A stretch of 64,000 nt of DNA from a virus. Shown here piece after piece: positions 25,890 to 34,917 of this stretch. The DNA lies in IMG/VR virus record IMGVR_UViG_3300013094_004547, positions 1-64,000 of that record; one strand, written 5' to 3'. The position numbers and the translations under genes were made by a program. How positions within the stretch are numbered: position 1 is the stretch's first letter; every line of letters starts with the position of its first letter. A model generated the notes under the pieces. It saw nothing but the letters and a program-made list of their open reading frames with translations, was not told the DNA's origin and ran no database searches.

Positions 25890-28385
25890 TCAGGCCTGCG
25901 CCATGCTCATCTGCGACTTGCCGTGGGAGACCGTGGTGTCGCCGAACAGATCGCTCATGTCCGCCTTCACCTGGGTCCCAGGCGGGCCGTCTACCTTGAT
26001 GTGCAGGGTTCCGTTCTTGCTGCCCCCGGGCCCCGTCGGCTTGCCCACGGGGCTGTCGTCAGCCCGAGCCTTGCCCGCCGGCGGATCGCCCGCGTAGGCG
26101 TTCGGCCCAGCCCGATACCCCTTCGGGAACTGGAAGTGCGGGACGTCCTTGAACTTCTTCCAGTCGCCGCCCCACTCCACCGGGATCCCGGCTTCCTCGG
26201 AGGCCTGCCGCATCGCGCGGTTGATCTCCTCGTACTTCTTGCGGTCGAGGTCGCCCACCGCCGGATCGCCGTCCGCCCGCACATCGACCGCGCGGCCCTT
26301 CAGGTGCTCGCTGTCCATCGTCTTGGACCAGCCGCGGCGGACCATCTCGCGCTGGCGCTCCAACGTGCGCAGGCCCTCGTGGATGTGGAACTTGACCTTG
26401 CTGAGCTGCTGGGCCCGCTTCAGCACCTTGATCAGGTCAGCGTTCACACCCCGGCCGTCGGTCGGATCCGGGGCACCCTCGGCCTCTGGGGCCTCAGGTT
26501 CCGACGAAAGCGGGCCCGAAGATCCGGCCAGTGGGCCCACACTGGCGACGGCCCCGGCCCCTTTACCGAAACCCTGGATCTCAGCGAGGCGCTTTCTGAT
26601 CGTCCCGAAGTATCGCGTGCCGGCGGTGCCGAACCCGTCGCGCCCCACCCGCCCGGACTCCAGATAGCCGAGCGCACCGACGATGCGCCCCTGTCCTCGA
26701 CCGGCGCCCTGATTGTGGGCGTAGCCGAGGATCTCCAGCTTCTTCTCGGGCGACATCCCCCGGTAGGCGGCGCTATTGCTCTCCAGGAACTTGTGGTGCT
26801 CCAGCGTGTAGCGCTCCATGAAGCGCTCCTGCATGGCCTTGTCGCCGAGGAACTGCGCGCGCGTGGGCGGCGCTTCACCGAGCTGCCGCGCGGTCTGCGC
26901 GATCTCCCTGGGTCCGAACTGGTAGCGCCCGGAGAACCGACCGCCGGACCCGCCAACCTGCTCGTAGCGCTTGCCCTCGATGTCGGTCAGGCCCTCGCGG
27001 TAGGCACTCCACTGCGCATCGTTGATGCCCACCGCCCCCTTCAGGTCGTTGGCCTCGTAGGGGATGCCGACCGGACCCTTCTTGCCACCGCCGCGACTGT
27101 CGATCGCCCCCCTGCTACCGAACGGCCGACCGCGGATACCCTCGCCGAGATCCGGAGCGGCAGGTACGTCACGTGCCCCGCCGCCTGAACCGCCGCTGAC
27201 GCCACCGCCCGAACCGCCGCCGGACCCACCGGTCGGGCTGCCATAAGCCGGGATCGCAGAGCCGGCACCCGTGGAACCGAAGCCGCCCCAGGCCGCCTTC
27301 TGGATCAGCGACCCGCCGCCACCCGTGGAACCGCCGAAGCTCGACGGGCTGACGCTCGCGCCGCCCGGCTGCTCGCGCAGCTTACGGATCTCGTCCGTCA
27401 ACCGCTGCATCTCGGCAGCCAGCGCATCGCGCTTCTTTTGCGTTTCCGCCGCGCCGGCCTCGTCACCGTTCATGCGCTTTCGCGCGATGCTCTCGTCGAG
27501 GACGTCGAGCTGGCGCCGGATCTGATCCTGACGCTCGCGGGCCGGTGCGGCCTTCCGCTCCTGTTCCGCTCCTTCGAGAACCTTGTCGGCGCCCTCCAGC
27601 AGCGGACCCAGGGTCTTAAGCTTCAGGTTCTCCCACCGGTTGTGCATCCGGTTGAGGTTTTGCTCGAAGCGCTCGGCCGCCTCCAGAATTGACTTATCGA
27701 GCGTGCCGAGTTCGGCCTGCAGCTTCGCCACTGCCTCGCGGATCGGACCGTTCAGGCTGCTGGCCACGATCCCGATATCAGGCGTGCCGAACAACAGCAT
27801 CGACACACGGGCGCGCTTCTGGGGGTCCGGAACGCCACGCAGGCCTTCCATGGCCCGCTCGATTGCGGCCTCCATGTTCGGGGCGTTCACGAGGTCCTCG
27901 GCGAGCTTGCCGAGGTTCATGTTCTTCAACTCGCCGTAGGCCTGCCCCCAGCGCTGGCGCAGATCGACCATGTTGCCGGCGAACTGGTTGATCGCGCCCT
28001 TCATCGTCTCAGCCGAGACGCCGGCCTTGCCGCCAAGCTCCGATAAGGTTCTCAGTTCGTTGGCCGTCAGCCCGATCTGGCGGGCCATCTGGCTCAGATC
28101 GCGGGTCGAGCCCGAGAAGCCCTTCAGAGCCGTGACGACGCCGGCGACGGACAGAGCGGCCCCAAACCCGCCGAAGCCGATCTTCGATAGGATCGGCTCA
28201 AAGCCACCCAGGACTCCGCGAACCTTCGAGATCTCCTCGCGCGCGACGCCCCAGTCCTTTTTCCAGGTCGCCCCGTGCTTGGCGGTTTCATCACCGACCT
28301 GCTTCAGGCTCTTCTGGAGCTTGGACAGAGGCCCGGTGAACTGGTCCTCGACGGTGGCGACGATTTTGAGCTTGTCGTCAGCCAT
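25890..28385 (-). CDS. Tape measure protein with lysozyme-like and M15 peptidase domains
   Basis: Helical N-half; GRYQFG; EGLRTLERQ...SEHLKGRAVD...WGGDW...DVPHFQ. Confidence 0.88.
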   Translation of the reverse strand: MADDKLKIVATVEDQFTGPLSKLQKSLKQVGDETAKHGATWKKDWGVAREEISKVRGVLGGFEPILSKIGFGGFGAALSVAGVVTALKGFSGSTRDLSQMARQIGLTANELRTLSELGGKAGVSAETMKGAINQFAGNMVDLRQRWGQAYGELKNMNLGKLAEDLVNAPNMEAAIERAMEGLRGVPDPQKRARVSMLLFGTPDIGIVASSLNGPIREAVAKLQAELGTLDKSILEAAERFEQNLNRMHNRWENLKLKTLGPLLEGADKVLEGAEQERKAAPARERQDQIRRQLDVLDESIARKRMNGDEAGAAETQKKRDALAAEMQRLTDEIRKLREQPGGASVSPSSFGGSTGGGGSLIQKAAWGGFGSTGAGSAIPAYGSPTGGSGGGSGGGVSGGSGGGARDVPAAPDLGEGIRGRPFGSRGAIDSRGGGKKGPVGIPYEANDLKGAVGINDAQWSAYREGLTDIEGKRYEQVGGSGGRFSGRYQFGPREIAQTARQLGEAPPTRAQFLGDKAMQERFMERYTLEHHKFLESNSAAYRGMSPEKKLEILGYAHNQGAGRGQGRIVGALGYLESGRVGRDGFGTAGTRYFGTIRKRLAEIQGFGKGAGAVASVGPLAGSSGPLSSEPEAPEAEGAPDPTDGRGVNADLIKVLKRAQQLSKVKFHIHEGLRTLERQREMVRRGWSKTMDSEHLKGRAVDVRADGDPAVGDLDRKKYEEINRAMRQASEEAGIPVEWGGDWKKFKDVPHFQFPKGYRAGPNAYAGDPPAGKARADDSPVGKPTGPGGSKNGTLHIKVDGPPGTQVKADMSDLFGDTTVSHGKSQMSMAQA

Positions 28386-28563
28386 CCTCGTCCTCGCGTG
28401 GAGCGGGGCGCGGCATCAGCGCCAGGGTGCGGGCCATCAGGTGGGTCACGGTCGCCGCCGGCATCGCGGCCGGCGGATCGCGGAACGGCCACGCGTGGAA
28501 CGCGAGGCCTAGGCGGAGGCAGTCGTCGACGGCATCGGCGGCAGGGCCGCCCACACGAAAAAA
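28378..28563 (-). CDS. -1 frameshift extension of the tail assembly chaperone (gpGT/E'-like)
   Basis: Slippery T-TTT-TTC at 28557-28563; -1 frame open to TGA at 28378, overlapping the tape measure start. Confidence 0.75.
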   Translation of the reverse strand, partial: FFRVGGPAADAVDDCLRLGLAFHAWPFRDPPAAMPAATVTHLMARTLALMPRPAPREDEDG

Positions 28564-28850
28564 CGGCTGAGGATGGTCCCCAGCTGCAGGATGTCACGGG
28601 CGCCGATCTTCATCAGCACCGGCGGCGGCGTTGCGGACAGGCTGGCGACAAGCGGGAAGAACTGGTCTGCCGACAGCCCTTCCAGGAGGCCGAATTTGAG
28701 GACCTCCTCGCCGGTGGGCTCGCGCAGGATCAGCACCTGCAGCGTGTCCTGGCCGACGACGATGGGCTTGGCGAGCGGATGCTCCAACGGCCAGGAGATC
28801 TCGCGCGGGTCGCGGGCGGGGGGCACGGTATCCGTCATCGTAGCGCTCAC
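28509..28850 (-). CDS. Tail assembly chaperone (Mu gp41-like)
   Basis: LAKPI...LILREPTG; between tube and tape measure. Confidence 0.82.
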   Translation of the reverse strand: MSATMTDTVPPARDPREISWPLEHPLAKPIVVGQDTLQVLILREPTGEEVLKFGLLEGLSADQFFPLVASLSATPPPVLMKIGARDILQLGTILSRFFVWAALPPMPSTTASA

Positions 28851-29206
28851 AGCTCGTCACAGGAGAGGCCGCGCCACTCGACGGCGACCTTGCCGTCGGC
28901 GGTGCCGATCTCGTGCGCGCCAGCCGACCACGCGCTGGACAGGACGTAGTTCTTGCCGTTGGCGAGCTGGGCGGTGACCGTGATGTCCGTCATCGCGTCG
29001 AGTTCCGCGACGGAGAGGCCATCGGTCGTCGACAGGTCGGCCTTGATGAAGGGCACGAGCTGGGTCTCGATGAAGCCGTGGGGGCCGTCCTGGCCAGCCA
29101 CGGACTCGCGCTTGATCCGCGAGGGCGAGACGATCAGGCCGCCGCGCAGATCGTACATCTTGCCGGCCGCTGTCAGGTAGGCGGTACCGGCGAACCTCTG
29201 ACCCAT
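28847..29206 (-). CDS. Tail tube protein (Mu-like)
   Basis: RFAGTAY...RESVAGQDG.HGF.E...TVTAQLANGK.YVL..AW. Confidence 0.88.
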   Translation of the reverse strand: MGQRFAGTAYLTAAGKMYDLRGGLIVSPSRIKRESVAGQDGPHGFIETQLVPFIKADLSTTDGLSVAELDAMTDITVTAQLANGKNYVLSSAWSAGAHEIGTADGKVAVEWRGLSCDEL

Positions 29207-29222
29207 GATCAGGCCTCCAAAG

Positions 29223-29246
29223 AAAAACCCGCCACGAGGGGCGGGT
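29223..29246 (-). terminator. Intrinsic terminator-like hairpin between sheath and tube genes
   Basis: ACCCGCC-CCTCGT-GGCGGGT-TTTT on the minus strand. Confidence 0.55.
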
Positions 29247-29273
29247 CATGTTGCGGACGGGGTGGAGGACCGA

Positions 29274-30800
29274 TCAGGTGCCGGAGGCGCTGAGCGGGAA
29301 TTGGAGGCGGAACTGTGCCTTGATGTTCAGTCTCCGCAGCTGGTTCACCACGTCCGGCGGATCCAGGATCTCGACCGTATTCGGCTCGGTGTTCGAGCGG
29401 GTGACCGACAGGTTGGCAATGTAGAGATCAGCGTTCTCGACGAGCCCGTCCGTCTCCATATCCCGATACTCGGAGACCATCTCGGCCTTGATCATCAGTG
29501 GCGTGACGATCGGCTTGCCGGCGCCGAACTTCGTCCCGTCGTTGGCGAGCGCACACCGCGGATACTTGCTCGTCAGTGCCTGCCGAACGCGGGTGTAGCG
29601 CTCATCGAGTGTGGCGAGCGTCGTCACCAACTCGTAGGCGTTGTCGGCCTGGCCGTAGCTGTTCTTCTGGTAGTTCGTCTGCTCGCGCAGGATGATCGGT
29701 TGGTTGGTCGAGCCGCCGTAGACGTCGGTCCCCTGGATCGCGATGCCGACCTGCGCGAGCGAATTCAGCTGCGCCTTGTTCCAGCGGTAGTCCGCCGGCG
29801 CCGGCAGCACGCCGATCAGCGGCAGCGTCTGGAGGGGCTGCGCCGCGTAGGCGTTGATCGAGAAGGCCGCGGCAGCGGTGTAGGCGGCGGTCCACTCCCA
29901 GCTTGGGGACGGCGACTGCTGCTCGAAGCCCATCGTGGAGATCAGCGCCGAGTTGTTCGACTGACCCCACAAGAAGGTTTCGGCGTAGAGGCCGCGGCGC
30001 GCCGAGAAGATCTGACCGTAGCTCTGGCGGTACGGGCCCCAGCGCCCGGAGTCGGTGAAGCCGTATTCCTGGTCCCACACCGCGTATGAGCCGCTGTCGT
30101 GGAAGCCGAGGCCGACGAACTTGAACGGCCGGTCGAGGAGCGCCGCGATCGCGTTGGTGAAGTCCGGCGTCCCGGTCCCGCCAGCGAGCAGATTATTGAT
30201 CGGGTATGTCAGCGCGAGACCGGCCGGCAGGGCTTCCCCGCCGTAGGTGCCGAGGTAGCTGTCGAGTACCGTCACGCTGTTGCCGGTCAGCCCCTTCCAC
30301 TTGGCCGTGAGCGTCACGACGGCGCCAGCGGCCGATGCGGTAACCGGCAGGTCCGGGGTCGCGGCGATCGCCGCGGCGATCTTAGCGGCCACCGTGGCGG
30401 TGGTGTCGGCCGAGACGATCGCGACCTGCAGCTTCTGGCCGGCGATGTAGAGCGGGAGGGTGCCCGCCACTGACGGCGCAGCGGTGACCGTGATCGTGCC
30501 GGTGGCTGCGACGCCGGCGGCCGGCTCTGAGATCGGCAGGCAGATGATCGGCACGCTGGTGACGCCCTTGAAGGCCGTCTTGAACATGCGCGCGAGCATG
30601 GAGCCGGCGCCGAACTGCGCGTCGGCGTCGTTGTTCGTGCCGCAGGCCACCGCGACGTTCGGCTTGGCGGCAGCTCCGGTGAGGAGATGCCCGACGAGCA
30701 GGATCCACTTTGGCGAGACCGGGGTACCGGCCTGCGAGGGATCCATCTGAACGTTGGGGCCCGGGAGCTTGTAGTTGTCCGGGATCGTGGTGATGCCCAT
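29274..30800 (-). CDS. Contractile tail sheath protein (Mu gpL-like)
   Basis: FGAGSMLARM, AKWKG, PLQTL, TNYQKNSYG..D, LANDGT, PPDVVNQLR. Confidence 0.93.
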   Translation of the reverse strand: MGITTIPDNYKLPGPNVQMDPSQAGTPVSPKWILLVGHLLTGAAAKPNVAVACGTNNDADAQFGAGSMLARMFKTAFKGVTSVPIICLPISEPAAGVAATGTITVTAAPSVAGTLPLYIAGQKLQVAIVSADTTATVAAKIAAAIAATPDLPVTASAAGAVVTLTAKWKGLTGNSVTVLDSYLGTYGGEALPAGLALTYPINNLLAGGTGTPDFTNAIAALLDRPFKFVGLGFHDSGSYAVWDQEYGFTDSGRWGPYRQSYGQIFSARRGLYAETFLWGQSNNSALISTMGFEQQSPSPSWEWTAAYTAAAAFSINAYAAQPLQTLPLIGVLPAPADYRWNKAQLNSLAQVGIAIQGTDVYGGSTNQPIILREQTNYQKNSYGQADNAYELVTTLATLDERYTRVRQALTSKYPRCALANDGTKFGAGKPIVTPLMIKAEMVSEYRDMETDGLVENADLYIANLSVTRSNTEPNTVEILDPPDVVNQLRRLNIKAQFRLQFPLSASGT

Positions 30801-30806
30801 CGCGGC

Positions 30807-31052
30807 TTAGCCCTGATGCTCGGTGGCGGCGGGAGCGCCGGCGGGCGCGGCGGAGGCGGCGGCGGACGCGCCGCTGTCGTGCAGGTCCTCCAGGAGGCGG
30901 ATCGTGCCGTCCCGGGCGAGCGCGAACGTGAACTGGTCGGCCGGCCACCGGGCGGTACCGTCGCCCTCGAAGCCGGTCCCCGACGGGAAGTGCTTGAGCG
31001 CGCGGAAGCGCGCCTCGGTCGCCTCGACGGCGACCGTGGTTTCACCGGCCAT
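30807..31052 (-). CDS. Small pre-sheath protein (Mu gp38/DUF2635 position)
   Basis: WPADQFTFALARDGTI; strong RBS. Confidence 0.65.
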   Translation of the reverse strand: MAGETTVAVEATEARFRALKHFPSGTGFEGDGTARWPADQFTFALARDGTIRLLEDLHDSGASAAASAAPAGAPAATEHQG

Positions 31053-31089
31053 GGCTGTGTCCTCGGAGGTAGGAGCGGCGCAGGCCGGC

Positions 31090-31680
31090 TCAGGTCGTGG
31101 GGATGTCGATCGTCAGAGCGATCGGCGGCGTGCCCGGGCCGGCGCCGGCGGGGCGGGCGGTGATCCGCACGTGCTCCAGCACGTCGTCGAGGTCCGGATC
31201 GTATGCGGTGCGGAACACGAAGGTCATCTCGACCCGCCCCTCGGCGAAGTAGCTGGCGCCCTCCTGCGGGAAGAGGCGGCCGCGGCGGACCTTGGTCACC
31301 GCTTCGAAGAGCGGGTAGCGCTCTGGGTCGTCGAACGCCTTCGACGGGTCGATGCCCCGCACGAAGGTCGGATCCTGCAGGAGCCGCTTGCGGATGCCGT
31401 TCGTGGCCGTGTCGAGCTGCTCGTCGAGCTCCTCGGGCGGCGCGTATCCGACGCAGTACGAGATCCCGATCGTGACCTCGTTCATGAACCGGGGCTGGCC
31501 CTGGTTGGCCTCGTCCTCGGGACTCTCCAGCTCGTCGGCGATGACGACCAAGAGGGCGGGGAGCTCTTCCTCCTGGAGCTGCGGCCGGACCTGGCGGCGG
31601 AAGCCGTTGACCGGCAGCCAGTCTTGGCCCGAGAGGCGTTCGATGATCGCCTCACGGATCTTGGTGGCCTCGGACGACAT
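31090..31680 (-). CDS. Tail completion/terminator protein
   Basis: 196 aa; ELPALLV motif; gene order. Confidence 0.7.
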   Translation of the reverse strand: MSSEATKIREAIIERLSGQDWLPVNGFRRQVRPQLQEEELPALLVVIADELESPEDEANQGQPRFMNEVTIGISYCVGYAPPEELDEQLDTATNGIRKRLLQDPTFVRGIDPSKAFDDPERYPLFEAVTKVRRGRLFPQEGASYFAEGRVEMTFVFRTAYDPDLDDVLEHVRITARPAGAGPGTPPIALTIDIPTT

Positions 31681-32033
31681 CAGGCCCCCTTGGGCTTTCT
31701 CTTGAGGGTGATCGTCGCCCCGCCCTGGCCGTCTGGGTCAACGTCGTCGATCCAGAGCGTGCCCTCGTCCGGATAGAAGCCGGCGGCGGGCACCTGGATC
31801 TGCATCTGCGGAACTGGCCGGACGGGCCAATCGGCCAGACGGATGCCCAGGGTGATCGCGGTCGAGTTCAGACTCCCGCCGCTTTCGACCGCCACATCGA
31901 CGTTGCGCACCGACCAGACGCCCGTGGCTTGGAACGGCGGCCTGGTCGGCCGCGAGGCCAGCGGCGTCACCGTCACCGGGCGTCCGAACGCGGTGATGCC
32001 GGGCCCGAGCGCCAGGGCGGCGAAGTCGATCAC
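31680..32033 (-). CDS. Head-tail joining protein (lambda FII-like)
   Basis: MIDF...FGRPVTVTP...PDGQGGATITL. Confidence 0.75.
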   Translation of the reverse strand: MIDFAALALGPGITAFGRPVTVTPLASRPTRPPFQATGVWSVRNVDVAVESGGSLNSTAITLGIRLADWPVRPVPQMQIQVPAAGFYPDEGTLWIDDVDPDGQGGATITLKRKPKGA

Positions 32034-32308
32034 GCGGCGACCGGCTTCGCGGGGGCCTTGCCGGCGGGCTTGGCGTCTGCCGCTGGCTCCTCGTCCGGGA
32101 TCTCCTCCAGGACCTCGCCGCCAAAGCGCGCGATGATCCGGTCGGCCTCGTCCGCGTCGAGGGTCACTTCCTCGCCGGCCTTCCTATGCGCGATCCCGCG
32201 CGAGGCGGGCACAAGCACGGTGCCGGCCGCGTCGCGCACCTCGGCGACGTCGTGATCCGGATCCTCGACGCCGAGGGCGATCTTGGTGACGATGGTCTTC
32301 TTCGGCAT
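32030..32308 (-). CDS. Hypothetical head-region protein
   Basis: 92 aa; AGEEVTLDADEADR; follows the capsid gene position. Confidence 0.65.
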   Translation of the reverse strand: MPKKTIVTKIALGVEDPDHDVAEVRDAAGTVLVPASRGIAHRKAGEEVTLDADEADRIIARFGGEVLEEIPDEEPAADAKPAGKAPAKPVAA

Positions 32309-32320
32309 GGCGGTCTCTCG

Positions 32321-33217
32321 CTATTCGGCCGCCATCGCCTTGGCAGCCCGGCGCCGTTCCATGGCGGCCTGGAAGGAGACGCGTCGGCGCTCGACGGCCT
32401 CTGGTGTCTGTTTGCGACCCATCATCGCGAGGCGCTGCTTTTCGCGCTGCTCGAGCGATTTGGGCTTGCCCTTGTGTGCCTGCGAAGAGGCGATCTTTGC
32501 CGCGTCTGAGCAGGGCTTCCCCTTCCGCGCAAGAGACATCGCCTCACATTGTTCAGCGGTCCGCTTCTTCCCTGTGTTTGCGGCCGCGGCTTTTGCGACC
32601 CATTCAGGGAGAGATTTGCGTCCGGCCTGCCTCGCGCGAAGTCTTTCTCGCATCTCCGGCGTGCATATGCGCCCAAGACTGTTCTTGTTGCCACGCTGTG
32701 CTTCGGAGAACCGGGCGCGCTGCTCTGTAGTGCGCTTCTTCCCGCGGTTGGCTTCCGCAGCCCTAGCGACAACCCCTGGAGATCGAGGCCTACCGAGATT
32801 GAGGTCCCGCAGCTTAGCCCTGGTCTCCTCGCTCACGGGATGGCCCATGAGAGACCGGCTAACTGCGGCCGAAATCTTAGCTTGGAGTTCTGGGTCGCGG
32901 CCGCTGGCTCCCTCGCCACCGTCCGTGCCGTTGACGAGCGAACCCGCAGGTCGCCGGCCGTACAACGCGATCAGTTCGCGCTCGACAGAGAAGGCTTCAG
33001 CGTCGGTCAGTCCCTCCTGGACCTTCCGAACCGTTATTCGGCCTGTCCCTTCCCGTCGATCCTTCTGGATCATCCGATAAAGGATCTTGTTATGTCCGGT
33101 TGCGGATGCGTGTCGGAGCCAGCGCTTGCCGCAACCCTTCCCGATGTACACCGGGATCTCGTCGCGGCTGTACTGGTAGACGTAAAAATTTCGCCTGCCA
33201 CTTTCAGCGTCGATCAC
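32321..33217 (-). CDS. Free-standing GIY-YIG homing endonuclease with NUMOD3-like repeats
   Basis: FYVY...VYIGKG...RW..H, EAF..E..LI...G...LVN.TDGGEG; repeated GKKRT.EQ; GTG start at 33217 with GAGAGG RBS. Confidence 0.88.
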   Translation of the reverse strand: MIDAESGRRNFYVYQYSRDEIPVYIGKGCGKRWLRHASATGHNKILYRMIQKDRREGTGRITVRKVQEGLTDAEAFSVERELIALYGRRPAGSLVNGTDGGEGASGRDPELQAKISAAVSRSLMGHPVSEETRAKLRDLNLGRPRSPGVVARAAEANRGKKRTTEQRARFSEAQRGNKNSLGRICTPEMRERLRARQAGRKSLPEWVAKAAAANTGKKRTAEQCEAMSLARKGKPCSDAAKIASSQAHKGKPKSLEQREKQRLAMMGRKQTPEAVERRRVSFQAAMERRRAAKAMAAE

Positions 33218-33245
33218 GCGGGCGGTCCTCTCGCCAGTATGATTA

Positions 33246-33278
33246 GGGGCCGAGGTCGTTTGCGGCGACTTCGGCCCC
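33246..33278 (-). promoter_or_regulatory. Leader hairpin upstream of the homing endonuclease
   Basis: GGGGCCGA-A-GTCG-CCGCAAA-CGAC-C-TCGGCCCC. Confidence 0.55.
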
Positions 33279-33328
33279 ACATCAAACTAACGCGAACCCT
33301 TCGACGATCCACCTAGTGTTAAGACGTC

Positions 33329-34378
33329 CTATCGGACCGTCGCGCAGAACGTTGCGTCAACCCAGCCCAATACGGGAAGTGGCGCAGACTGTGTCATCAA
33401 ATATTCAGCCGACGGATCCTCGCTGATCCAGTTCTTCGGGAAGCGCGGCATGGCGCGCAGCGCGCGCACGTCCTGGATGGCGCCGTAGAGGCGGGTGCCC
33501 TGCGCGCCGACCGGATCCAGCATCATGCAGGTGTAGTCCGGCATGAACTGCGTGACGTTGCCGGCATCGTCGGTGAAGTACTGCTGGTAGACCCAGAACT
33601 CGAACTCACCGGTGTCGCCGAGGTACTTCGCCTCGCGACCGACGCCGCCGACCACGACGCCGCCGAGATCGACGTTGCCCTTGGTCTGGCGGAACGAGTT
33701 CATGATCTGCTGAATGCCGGGCGACTTGACCAGCAGGTTGCCGGCCAGCGGATCCAGCACCACCACGCTCGGGTGGAAGCCCGAATTCTTCTGCACCGTC
33801 GCGGCGGACGTGCGCAGGAAGTCGAGCGCGTCGACGCCGGTCTCACCCCAGCGCGCGCCACCGGTCAGCGCCACGGTGTGGTTCGGGTTGCGCTGCAGGT
33901 CGACCGCGGTGCGCTGCGGATAGTTCGGGCCGGAAAGCACGAGGCCGCCGGTCTGCACCAGCTGGCAGGCCATCAGCTCCTCGTGGCGGGTGATCTGGTC
34001 GTCCTGGATCTTGAGCGTGTCCATGACGATCATGGCGCGGCGCTCCTCGGGGGAGAATTCGCCGAGCAGGCGCTCGCCGGGCCGGCGCCGCAGCATGCGG
34101 TTGGGCTCGATAACGTGCTTGGGCTTCACGTAGCCGGGCACGAGGCTCGCGGCGTTGAAGCCGCGCAGGCGCTCGGGCTGGCCGACGTCGCCGGGATGGA
34201 CCAGAGGAGCGAGGCGGCGGGCGCGCTCGACCTTGTCGAAGTAGACCTCCTCCGTCTCGAACTGCTGCTCCATGCCGAACGCAAGGTTCCACAGGAACGG
34301 GTTCGGGCGGTCGATTACGCCGTACGCGCCGAGCAGGAACGCGGTGGAGTAGACGGAGGCGTCGGTTTGGTTGGCCAC
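33329..34378 (-). CDS. Major capsid protein (lambda gpE family)
   Basis: RRLAPLVHP, PGYVKPKH, RRPGE, LMTQSAPLP. Confidence 0.93.
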   Translation of the reverse strand: MANQTDASVYSTAFLLGAYGVIDRPNPFLWNLAFGMEQQFETEEVYFDKVERARRLAPLVHPGDVGQPERLRGFNAASLVPGYVKPKHVIEPNRMLRRRPGERLLGEFSPEERRAMIVMDTLKIQDDQITRHEELMACQLVQTGGLVLSGPNYPQRTAVDLQRNPNHTVALTGGARWGETGVDALDFLRTSAATVQKNSGFHPSVVVLDPLAGNLLVKSPGIQQIMNSFRQTKGNVDLGGVVVGGVGREAKYLGDTGEFEFWVYQQYFTDDAGNVTQFMPDYTCMMLDPVGAQGTRLYGAIQDVRALRAMPRFPKNWISEDPSAEYLMTQSAPLPVLGWVDATFCATVR

Positions 34379-34452
34379 GGGCGGTTCTCCAAAAGAGAAG
34401 GGCGCCCGAGGCGCCCTGTGTCAGTCCGGATTGTTGCGGGGGCGGCGTGCGG

Positions 34453-34836
34453 TCAGGCGACCGCGCCGACGGAGCGAATGAAGATGTCCCGGCCGGCGAT
34501 GCGGAAGGCGTCGTCCAGCGTCTGGATCGTCCAGGAGGCGTCGATCGGCATGACCTCGCCTGCGAACTCGCCGGTCTCGTAGCCCTTCACCCGGACGTCG
34601 GCGGCGCTGGCGTCGACCTCGAAGGTCAGGATGTGCGTGGGGACCTGGGAGCCGTCCGAGGCGGTCTTGACGCTCGGGATGTACTTGTCGGTGGCGGTCA
34701 CGCGCCCGAGCGGGGTGCCTCGCTTAAGAGGCACGCCGGGGGCATTGGCGCCCGAGGCGATCACGAGCGAGCGCGTGGCGCGCGGGAAGTCGCCGGCGTA
34801 GAGCGCAGTCGGGTGGAAGTTCGAGAAGACGGTCAT
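34453..34836 (-). CDS. Head decoration protein (lambda gpD-like)
   Basis: LKRGTPLG...DGSQVP..IL...VDAS...Y.TGEF. Confidence 0.88.
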   Translation of the reverse strand: MTVFSNFHPTALYAGDFPRATRSLVIASGANAPGVPLKRGTPLGRVTATDKYIPSVKTASDGSQVPTHILTFEVDASAADVRVKGYETGEFAGEVMPIDASWTIQTLDDAFRIAGRDIFIRSVGAVA

Positions 34837-34917
34837 TCGGGCGGGTCCTCTGGATGGCCGCCTTCAGGCCGGCCGCGTCGGATGGGCGGCACGCGGTTGC
34901 CCGCGCGCCCGGCAGGA

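Noticed and set aside
19643-31680. Tail cluster as a tailocin, T6SS or eCIS
   Set aside because: Contiguous with capsid, portal, terminase, cos, replication and immunity genes, so it is a phage tail
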